This document shows, one piece after another, positions 8,127-15,553 of a stretch of 17,036 bases of DNA (its first letter is position 1; every line of letters begins with the position of its first letter). Source of the DNA: an uncultured Candidatus Micrarchaeota archaeon (GTDB lineage Archaea > Micrarchaeota > Micrarchaeia > Micrarchaeales > Micrarchaeaceae); assembly GCA_963741095.1 (NCBI GenBank), contig CAVUGN010000008.1, forward strand, positions 1 through 17,036, in the 5' to 3' direction. The notes under the pieces were generated by a model. The model was given only the letters and a program-made list of their open reading frames with translations, searched no databases and had not been told where the DNA came from. The translations under genes and the position numbers were made by a program.

Positions 8127-8333
8127 TTAGACCTTTGCACCTCTCTCTTTTAGCACCGTGTTGATCTTGGCGATAGTCCTCCTTATCTCGCGGTTCTTTA
8201 CGATCTTGCTTGACACTCCCGTCGAGGCTATCTTCCTCCTCTCGATGCTCAGCTCCAGCGACAGCTGATCGATCATGCCGTTGAGCACGCCGTCAGACTG
8301 CTGCCTTATGTCTCGAATTTTTATAAAAAGCAC
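8127..8333 (-). CDS. rpl29: 50S ribosomal protein L29 (uL29); start GTG 8333 or more likely ATA 8324
   Basis: N-terminal KIRDIR and C-terminal REIRRTIAKINTVLKER match the uL29 signature. Small and basic, and precedes sui1 as in archaeal ribosomal clusters. Confidence 0.88.
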   Translation of the reverse strand: MLFIKIRDIRQQSDGVLNGMIDQLSLELSIERRKIASTGVSSKIVKNREIRRTIAKINTVLKERGAKV

Positions 8334-8359
8334 CTTCTATAGTATTCTTCTCGCCAACG

Positions 8360-8455
8360 TATTTAAAACTTTCCAGAGAAGTCTAAGAGAAGATGTTTAG
8401 AGCAAGATCCTTTTAAGAACCTTCCCCACTCTCTAAACACCTTCAGCTTTTTATA
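8360..8455. promoter_or_regulatory. Divergent promoters for rpl29-sui1 (-) and lonB (+, probably leaderless)
   Basis: GAAAGTTTTAAATA (BRE-TATA) on the minus strand at about 8360-8373. TTTTATA at 8449-8455, about 25 nt before the lon ATG. Confidence 0.55.
8389..8444. repeat. 14-bp imperfect inverted repeat with 28-nt spacer
   Basis: GAAGATGTTTAGAG (8389-8402) versus CTCTAAACACCTTC (8431-8444; reverse complement GAAGGTGTTTAGAG), a 13/14 match. Confidence 0.75.
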
Positions 8456-8479
8456 CTTATAACGCGTATTGTCGATAGT

Positions 8480-10405
8480 ATGGCGAAGTCTAAGACCACC
8501 GCGAATGTGAAGATACCCAAAAACCTGATAGACCAGGTCATAGGACAGAGAAAAGCGGTCGAGATAATAAAGAAGGCGGCACGGCAGCGGAGGCACGTGC
8601 TGCTGATAGGCTCTCCAGGAACGGGAAAGACGCTGCTCGCGCAGGCGATGGCCGAGCTGCTGCCGACCACCGAGTTGGAGGACGTGCTGATCTACAGGAA
8701 TCCTAACGACGAGAACGAGCCGCTGGTAAAGGACGTTAAGACATACCCTAACTACAAGCCCGGGGACAAGCTCGGCGACGGGCAGGGAAGGATGCTGCTG
8801 CAGAAGGAGAGGATGAAGAACAGGATGTCCATGAACAAGGGCAGCAGCTGGGTAACTCCGATAATAGTCATACTTGTCATAGCGATTTTTGCAGTATCGT
8901 TGAGCGGTCTGATAAAGGGCGAGGAGCTGATAGTCCTTGCGGCGCTGATGCTGGGAATTCTGATATTCGGCTCGATGATCATATTCATAGGAGGCCTCTC
9001 CAAGCGGGTCGGCATACCCGGCGCCGGGGAGATTAACGAACCCAAACTCATAGTCGACAACACCGGCCTTACCCACGCGCCTTTCATAGACGCGACGGGC
9101 GCGAAAGCCGGTGCGCTGTTCGGCGATGTCAGGCACGATCCGCTGCAGAGCGGCGGCCTCGGCACACCCGCGCATCTCAGGGTCGAAAGCGGCGCAGTGC
9201 ACAAGGCAAACAAGGGAGTCCTGTTCATAGACGAGATATCGAGCCTTGAGCCAAGGGCGCAGCAGGAACTTCTCACGGCAATGCAGGAAAAGAAATATTC
9301 GATAACCGGCCAGAGCGAGATGAGCTCCGGCGCTCTTGTGAAGACCGCTCCGGTGCCCTCGGATTTCATACTTGTCGCTGCGGGAAACCTCCAGGATCTT
9401 CAGCACATGCATCCCGCACTTAGGTCAAGGATCCGCGGTTACGGCTACGAGGTCTACATGGAATCGACAATGGAGGACAACAAGCTCGACAGGAAACTGT
9501 TGGAGCAGTTCGTCGCCCAGGAGGTGCAGAAGGACGGCAAGGTGCCCCAGTTCGACGAGAGCGCCATAGACGAGATAACCGAAGAGGCGAGGCGCAGGTC
9601 AGGGAGGAAGAAGAGAATGACGCTTGTATTGAGGGATCTCGGCGGCCTTGTAAGGGCGGCCGGAGACATCGCGGCGGAGAAGAAGAAGGCATTCGTATCA
9701 AGGGACGAAGTGGTGGCGGCCAAGACGCTTGCCGCATCGATAGAGGGGCAGGTGGTCACGCAAGAGCTGGAATACCGCAAGGGCTACGACGTGTTCAGGG
9801 TTAAGGGCTACAGCATAGGCAAGGTCAACGGCCTGGCAGTCATAGGCGCGGCTCCGACCTATTCAGGAGTGCTAATACCGATAGTTGCAGAGGTAACCCC
9901 CGCGGGCTCGAGATCCGAGGGCAAGTTCATACCGACCGGAAGGCTCGGCAAGACCGCAACCGAAGCCGTGAAGAACGTCAGCGCGATAATAAAGAAGCAC
10001 ATGGGTAAGGAGACTGCCAACTACGACATGCACGTGCAGTTCCTCCAGATCGAAGGGGTGGAGGGCGACAGCGCCAGCATATCCGTTGCCGTTAGCATAA
10101 TATCCGCCATGGAGAACGTGCCCGTCGACCAGTCGGTCGCGATGACCGGCTCGCTGTCGGTCAGGGGCGAGGTGCTGCCGGTCGGCGGAGTGACCAACAA
10201 GGTCGAGGCCGCGATCGACGCTGGCATAAAGACCGTGATACTTCCGGTGAGCAACCTCGACGACGTTTCGATAAGCAAGGACAAGCTGAAGAGGATAAAG
10301 CTGATACCCGTAAAGACACTGGCAGACGTGCTAAAGTACGCTCTAAAGAGCGGTGCAAGAAAGGACGCCATAATAAAGGAGCTTCGGGGCTACGAGAAAA
10401 CGTGA
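8480..10405 (+). CDS. lonB: Archaeal membrane-anchored ATP-dependent protease LonB
   Basis: LIDQVIGQ, Walker A GSPGTGKT, two TM helices inserted in the AAA+ domain, [12 protein letters not shown], Walker B VLFIDE, and the Ser-Lys dyad motifs EGDSAS and [10 protein letters not shown]. Confidence 0.97.
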   Translation: MAKSKTTANVKIPKNLIDQVIGQRKAVEIIKKAARQRRHVLLIGSPGTGKTLLAQAMAELLPTTELEDVLIYRNPNDENEPLVKDVKTYPNYKPGDKLGDGQGRMLLQKERMKNRMSMNKGSSWVTPIIVILVIAIFAVSLSGLIKGEELIVLAALMLGILIFGSMIIFIGGLSKRVGIPGAGEINEPKLIVDNTGLTHAPFIDATGAKAGALFGDVRHDPLQSGGLGTPAHLRVESGAVHKANKGVLFIDEISSLEPRAQQELLTAMQEKKYSITGQSEMSSGALVKTAPVPSDFILVAAGNLQDLQHMHPALRSRIRGYGYEVYMESTMEDNKLDRKLLEQFVAQEVQKDGKVPQFDESAIDEITEEARRRSGRKKRMTLVLRDLGGLVRAAGDIAAEKKKAFVSRDEVVAAKTLAASIEGQVVTQELEYRKGYDVFRVKGYSIGKVNGLAVIGAAPTYSGVLIPIVAEVTPAGSRSEGKFIPTGRLGKTATEAVKNVSAIIKKHMGKETANYDMHVQFLQIEGVEGDSASISVAVSIISAMENVPVDQSVAMTGSLSVRGEVLPVGGVTNKVEAAIDAGIKTVILPVSNLDDVSISKDKLKRIKLIPVKTLADVLKYALKSGARKDAIIKELRGYEKT

Positions 10406-10409
10406 TCAT

Positions 10410-11522
10410 TTGAAGAACAAAAAAGAGGCCGCTACGAAGCCCGAGGAGACCCTGGAACAGTTCGGAAAGTCCATACTGAAGGACGTCGAACAGGGCAGAA
10501 ATCCTACCTTCTCTGCCACCGCAAGGACCAGGTCCAACATAATATTTGACGAGAAGAAGGGCTTCCTGTCACTGGGCAAGGCCGAAGAGGAGAGGAGCTT
10601 CCTGAACATAGCGCAATCGAAGAGGTTCATGCAGACCGTTGCGATAGCCTCGAAGTGCCACCAGTTCATAGATCAGAACCTGCACACCTCGATAAGAGGA
10701 CTTTTCTACCAACTGAAATACTCGCTGGGAGAAGACATTGACGAAAACATATTCAACGAGCAGGCGGAATCCAATCCCCTGATCGAGGATCTGGAGGTCG
10801 CGCTCGACCTGAAGAGGGAGGACCTCAACCTCAACGCCAACAGGAAGGGCGTGCTTGCAGGCAATGTCAAGATAATGGACACGTTCAACGGCGAGAAGTT
10901 CGAAATCGATGCCAGCAAGCAGGGAAGAAGCGGCTGGGCGATACCAAGCGACGTCGATAACGACATAGAATTCGTGGACGTCAAGGCCAAATCCGTACTC
11001 GTCGTGGAAAAGGACGCGCTGTGGCAGAGGCTCAACGAAGATGGGTTGTGGAAGAAGGAGAACATGATAATCATATCCCCGCAAGGCCAGGCCTCAAGGG
11101 GAACGAGGCGTCTGATAAGGAAGCTCGCTGACATGGACCTTCCAATATATGTCTTCAACGACGGCGATGCCTGGGGCTGGTACATCTACTGGACCATAAA
11201 GACAGGAAGCATGAACCTCGCCTACATCGGCAGAGAGATAGCCACGCCAGAAGCCAAGTTCATCGGCGTCACGATGTCCGATGTGGAGCATTACGATTTC
11301 CTGAAGAACATGACTATGCGAGCCACGGAAGTGGACCTGAAGAGGGCACAGGAGATGCTGGGCTACCAGTGGATAAACAGGCACAAAGAGTGGGTCACGG
11401 AGCTGAAGAAGGTCCTCACGACCAAGCAGAAGCTCGAGCAGGACACGCTGCAGGGCCCAAGGCTGACCTTCGTGGACGATTACATAAAGGAGAAGATAAA
11501 GAACAAGGACTTCCTACCTTAA
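10410..11522 (+). CDS. top6A: DNA topoisomerase VI subunit A (Spo11 family)
   Basis: WHD motif SIRGLFYQ (catalytic Tyr), Q.ES..LIEDLE, TOPRIM motifs VVEKDA and DGD, and KxEQ near the C-terminus. TTG start with SD GTGAT 3 nt upstream. Confidence 0.94.
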   Translation: MKNKKEAATKPEETLEQFGKSILKDVEQGRNPTFSATARTRSNIIFDEKKGFLSLGKAEEERSFLNIAQSKRFMQTVAIASKCHQFIDQNLHTSIRGLFYQLKYSLGEDIDENIFNEQAESNPLIEDLEVALDLKREDLNLNANRKGVLAGNVKIMDTFNGEKFEIDASKQGRSGWAIPSDVDNDIEFVDVKAKSVLVVEKDALWQRLNEDGLWKKENMIIISPQGQASRGTRRLIRKLADMDLPIYVFNDGDAWGWYIYWTIKTGSMNLAYIGREIATPEAKFIGVTMSDVEHYDFLKNMTMRATEVDLKRAQEMLGYQWINRHKEWVTELKKVLTTKQKLEQDTLQGPRLTFVDDYIKEKIKNKDFLP

Positions 11523-11525
11523 CGG

Positions 11526-12392
11526 TCATCTGTTCTCATTCAGGAAGGCCATGATCTGCTCCTTTGTCGGCATGGGCTGCTTTATCAGCGGGCCCTTTTT
11601 GAGCGTTATATCCAACTCTTCATAAGTCGGCTTCTCCGTCTCATAGAAAACACCTATCGGCAGCCTCTTGTATTCAGACTCCTCCGCCTCAAACGCCTTC
11701 TCCATCGCCGCCTTCCTGTTCTTCGGATCATGGCCCGTGCCCTCTAGCTTGTAGACTCCATTCTTGAACCAGTCGTAGGTGTTCAGATAATTGAAGGTGA
11801 CGCAAGGGCTGTAGACGTCTATGAGCGCGAATCCCTTGTGCGTTATACCCTTCTTTATCAATTCGGCAAGATGCGCGGGGTCGCCGGAAAAGCCTCTTGC
11901 AACGTAGGTCGCGCCTGCGCTTATTGCCAGGGCGATCGGATTGAGCGGATTCTCTATATCGCCGAATGGCGTCGACTTGGTCTTGTAGCCTATCAGCCCC
12001 GTTGGCGATGTCTGCCCAGTAGTGAGCCCGTAGGTCTGGTTGTCCGATATCACGTAGGTCATGTCTATGTTTCGCCTTGCTACGTGTATCAGGTGCGCCG
12101 CGCCTATCCCGTAACCGTCCCCATCGCCGCCTATTCCTAATACTGTCAAATCGTTGTTTGCGAGATTTGCACCCATCGCAACAGGAAGCAAACGCCCATG
12201 CAGGCTGTGTATCCCGTAGCTGCTGAACGCCTGTACCGTCGTGGAACTGCAGCCTATGCCCGCAACGATCAGCATGTTGTCCTTGTCAAGCTTCAAGTCC
12301 GAGAAAGCCTTCGTCATCGCGGCGAATATCCCGAAGTTCCCGCAGCCCGGGCAATAATCCGGTCTTATCCCGCTAGTGTAATTTTCAACCAT
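11526..12392 (-). CDS. 2-oxoacid:ferredoxin oxidoreductase subunit beta (TPP-binding)
   Basis: CPGCG, GIGCS, HSLHGR, TPP motif GDGDG...DNQTYGLTTGQ and SPCVTFN. The ATG at 12392 has SD GTGAT overlapping the alpha-subunit stop. Confidence 0.95.
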   Translation of the reverse strand: MVENYTSGIRPDYCPGCGNFGIFAAMTKAFSDLKLDKDNMLIVAGIGCSSTTVQAFSSYGIHSLHGRLLPVAMGANLANNDLTVLGIGGDGDGYGIGAAHLIHVARRNIDMTYVISDNQTYGLTTGQTSPTGLIGYKTKSTPFGDIENPLNPIALAISAGATYVARGFSGDPAHLAELIKKGITHKGFALIDVYSPCVTFNYLNTYDWFKNGVYKLEGTGHDPKNRKAAMEKAFEAEESEYKRLPIGVFYETEKPTYEELDITLKKGPLIKQPMPTKEQIMAFLNENR

Positions 12393-12396
12393 AATA

Positions 12397-14133
12397 TCAC
12401 TGATTGCCCGCCATCCTGGCAGCATTCTCGACGATCTCGCCGCACGTGATGTTCTCACCGTCGTATCGCAATATCCTGTCCTTTATCTCAATGCCGGTCT
12501 CCATCCGTATGACCTTTGCCAACTGCCCCGTGTAGTTGCATTCCACATCGATCAGGTGCTTGCCGCTCAGCATGCGATTAGTCCTGCCTGCATCAAGCGG
12601 CAGCAAATAATTGAATGATATCAGGCCGAAGTCCAGCCCTTTCTTGTTGAGCGTAATCATCGCCTCCCTCGCGACAGACGTGGTCGAGCCGAAGGTGACG
12701 AGGAAATGCTTCGCATTCCCGTTCTCGACGGTCGGAACGAAAACATTCTCGTTTTTCAGCATCGTATCCATCTTCCGCATGCGCTTCTCCTGCATCTTCT
12801 TCCTCATTGCGACATGTTCGTCCAAGCCGGAAAGCACATCGCTGACAAGATCGCCATACTCATTGTGTTCATAGCTGGGTGCGACGAAAGAAAGGCCCTT
12901 CATCCCAGGCACGGAGCGCGGCGATATCCCGTCATCGGTCAGCGCGTATCTCTTGAACCTGCCAGAAACGCTAGAAGCATCAGCAATCTTCCCTCTATCT
13001 ATCTTTATCGAATCGACATCGAAGCTTGCCACGCTTTCGACGCGCTCGGAGATGAATGCATCCATCAACACCAAAACAGGGCACTGATACCTATCGGCAA
13101 GATTGAACGCGTCTGCTGTAAGGCTGAAGCTCTCCTCCATGCTCCTTGGTGCTACGACTATACGTGGAAACTCGCCCTGTGAAGCGTGCATAACGAAAAG
13201 CAGGTCCCCCTGCTCGGTCTTTGAAGGCAGTCCAGTACTGGGGCCTGTCCGCTGTGACTCTACGACGACTATCGGCGTTTCTAGCATTCCCGCAAGTCCC
13301 AATGCCTCTACCATTAATGCAAAGCCTCCGCCACTAGAGCCGCACATGGCCCTTACGCCAGCAGACGCTGCGCCTATGGTTGAATTTATTGCCGCAATCT
13401 CGTCCTCGGTCTGCTTGTAGAGCACGCCCCTGTCGGCGTGTGCGGCGAACCACTGAAGTATGCCGCTTGCCGGCGTCATCGGGTACGCCGCGTAATACTT
13501 GCAGCCTGCCGCGTATGCCCCCAGCGAGAGCGCGGTGTTGCCGTCCAACAAGTATCTCGGCTTGCCATCGCCCCTTATGCTGTAGCGCTTTTCGACACCT
13601 TTGTAGTTGTAGCCCTCTGATGCCACCTTTATGTTCTTGTTGACCACATCGATGCCCTTGCGCAGGAACATCTTGTTTATGACCGCGTCGAACAGGCCGA
13701 TGTCTATGCCAACCACCTTCAGGACGGTCCCAATCGAGACCATGTTCCTCATTATCGAATCCCCGCCAGCGGCCATGACTATCTCAAGGAATGGGATGCC
13801 AATCAGGCTGTAAGAGCGGCCTTCGAGCTCCTTCACGTTGCACTTTGCCGAATCATAGATCACTATCGCCTTGTCCGCCAGGTGGCTTTTCTGGTTTGTT
13901 ATGGACTCCTGGTTCAGCGCGACAAGCACGTCGATGTTGTCTCCGGCACTGTAGAGCTTCTCGTCGCCAATCCTTATCTGGTACCAGACGTGGCCCCCGC
14001 GTATCACGGACTGATAACCGCGGTTGCCGAAGACCTCCATCCCACTGAGCGCGGCTATCTTGCCGAGCAGCGCTCCGGTTGATTCGACGCCGTCTCCGTT
14101 CGCGCCCGCAATACGTATGCTAACGTTCGCCAT
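12397..14133 (-). CDS. 2-oxoacid:ferredoxin oxidoreductase subunit alpha (gamma-alpha fusion)
   Basis: IAGANGDGVES, IRGGH, YPMTP, QTEDEIAA, SSGGGFALMVE, QRTGPSTGLPSKTEQGD and ECNYTGQLA. Start at MANV (ATG 14133). Confidence 0.95.
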   Translation of the reverse strand: MANVSIRIAGANGDGVESTGALLGKIAALSGMEVFGNRGYQSVIRGGHVWYQIRIGDEKLYSAGDNIDVLVALNQESITNQKSHLADKAIVIYDSAKCNVKELEGRSYSLIGIPFLEIVMAAGGDSIMRNMVSIGTVLKVVGIDIGLFDAVINKMFLRKGIDVVNKNIKVASEGYNYKGVEKRYSIRGDGKPRYLLDGNTALSLGAYAAGCKYYAAYPMTPASGILQWFAAHADRGVLYKQTEDEIAAINSTIGAASAGVRAMCGSSGGGFALMVEALGLAGMLETPIVVVESQRTGPSTGLPSKTEQGDLLFVMHASQGEFPRIVVAPRSMEESFSLTADAFNLADRYQCPVLVLMDAFISERVESVASFDVDSIKIDRGKIADASSVSGRFKRYALTDDGISPRSVPGMKGLSFVAPSYEHNEYGDLVSDVLSGLDEHVAMRKKMQEKRMRKMDTMLKNENVFVPTVENGNAKHFLVTFGSTTSVAREAMITLNKKGLDFGLISFNYLLPLDAGRTNRMLSGKHLIDVECNYTGQLAKVIRMETGIEIKDRILRYDGENITCGEIVENAARMAGNQ

Positions 14134-14402
14134 GAAAAACACAACCTAAAACACATTCGAATTTATGGATGCCTTGCCCTCCCTGCGGTGCAGTCGCACC
14201 GACAACAAATATTTTACGTAATGCATTAATAACCTGCCCCATCTCGGGGGTGGAATCGCATACAATTTCTGCGCCTTTACCCACCCAATGCGACGGTAAC
14301 AACCGGCAAGCCAAATGCAACTTCGTCAAGAGTCAAACATCACAACAAGGTATAATAGGGAGCTAACCCCAATAATCATGGAAGTCAGCGATTCGTGTAT
14401 TC

Positions 14403-15464
14403 ATGGCAAACATCATAAGGCACACGAAGGCAAGGGCGCCAGGAGTTGTGAAGCTTTTCGGCGAGCATGCGGTCGTTTACGGAAGGCTGGCCATAGCAGC
14501 AGCCATATCCCTGTTTGCGTCCGCGCAGATCGAGGATGTCGAGGGCACCGGCCTGACCATAGAATTGCCCAATTTCGGAACAAAATACGAATTCTCAAAG
14601 GAGCGGCTTGACGAACTGCACGCAAGCTACAAGGGCCGCACCGACATAAAGGATTACATTATAAACAACTCGGACATCAAGCCGGAGGTGTTGCCGTACG
14701 CCACCATAGCATCGAAGGCGATCGGCGAATACGGCGCAAATCTGGCTGGAAAGAAGGCGATCCTGAGCTCAGAGATAACAACGCAGAGGGGCCTTGCCAG
14801 CAGCGGATCCTGCTGCACTGCTTTTGCGGTTGCCATACTGCACGCGAGCAAGATAAAGCTCGGCGACGACGAGGCAATTGAATTGGCGAGGGAGGGCGAG
14901 AAGATAGTCCACAAGAGCGAGGGTGCCGGCAAGATCGACATACCTGCCTCATACTATGGCGGCTACAGCAGCTACAGCGGCTCCTCGGGGGCGAAGAAAG
15001 AGGACGTCTCAACAGACTTGAGCCTCCTATTGATAGACACCGGCCCGAAGATAAGCACGGCGGAGACGGTCGGCAAAGTCGCGGAAAGGTTCAAGAACAA
15101 CAAAGAGAGCACCGAGGCCATTTTCGACAGGATAAATTCATGCGCAATGGGGGGAATAGGCGCCCTGAAATCGGGCAACATAAGCAAGGTAGGGAGCCAC
15201 ATGACAGAGATACACAAGCTGCTGGCAGAGCTGGGCGTTTCAACAGAAAGACTTGACAAGGCAGTCAGCATCGCAATCTTGTCCGGCGCATATGGCGCCA
15301 AGCTCAGCGGGGGCGGCGGAGGCGGCCTTGCGGTCGCAATAGCGCCCAAGGATAAGCTCGAATACCTTGTTGACAGCATAGCCGCAGCGGGCTTCACCGC
15401 TTCGGTGACCCAGATATCCCAACTGGGCGCGAAAGAGCTGTACGAAGCGGGCAGCATCTCCTAA
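14403..15464 (+). CDS. mvk: Mevalonate kinase (GHMP kinase)
   Basis: APGVVKLFGEHAVVYG, ATP loop GLASSGS, E.IVH, KID (catalytic Asp position) and GAKLSGGGGGG. Adjacent to HMG-CoA reductase. Confidence 0.9.
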   Translation: MANIIRHTKARAPGVVKLFGEHAVVYGRLAIAAAISLFASAQIEDVEGTGLTIELPNFGTKYEFSKERLDELHASYKGRTDIKDYIINNSDIKPEVLPYATIASKAIGEYGANLAGKKAILSSEITTQRGLASSGSCCTAFAVAILHASKIKLGDDEAIELAREGEKIVHKSEGAGKIDIPASYYGGYSSYSGSSGAKKEDVSTDLSLLLIDTGPKISTAETVGKVAERFKNNKESTEAIFDRINSCAMGGIGALKSGNISKVGSHMTEIHKLLAELGVSTERLDKAVSIAILSGAYGAKLSGGGGGGLAVAIAPKDKLEYLVDSIAAAGFTASVTQISQLGAKELYEAGSIS

Positions 15465-15553
15465 ATTACGAGGTAAAATGAGGTACTTCGTCAATCGCCA
15501 TACCCTACAAAAGGACATATATATCATGCATTTAAACCCAATATCGTGTTAAC

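Noticed and set aside
8820-9000. Hydrophobic insertion within the Lon ATPase domain (possible intein or novel domain)
   Set aside because: It is the standard two-helix membrane anchor of archaeal LonB, with no intein terminal motifs.
8363-9412. 349-aa minus-strand ORF and other long ORFs antisense to lonB, hppA, ftsZ, kae1, mvk and HMGR
   Set aside because: Shadow frames of well-supported genes, expected from GC-biased codon usage, with no recognisable motifs.
14169-14366. 65-aa ORF with CPPCG and CPISG resembling a CPxCG zinc-finger microprotein
   Set aside because: No SD at the genome's spacing, the second knuckle lacks a Cys, and it overlaps both predicted promoters and the hairpins. Probably spurious, though not excluded without Ribo-seq.
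14134-14402. TPP riboswitch or tRNA in the gap upstream of the TPP-dependent OFOR
   Set aside because: No CTGAGA plus ACCTG...AATGC consensus in the proper order on either strand, and no TTCGAATC-type T-arm within a cloverleaf.
15300-15330. GGC-rich run that might be a repeat or G-quadruplex
   Set aside because: It encodes the conserved GHMP kinase glycine loop (LSGGGGGG).
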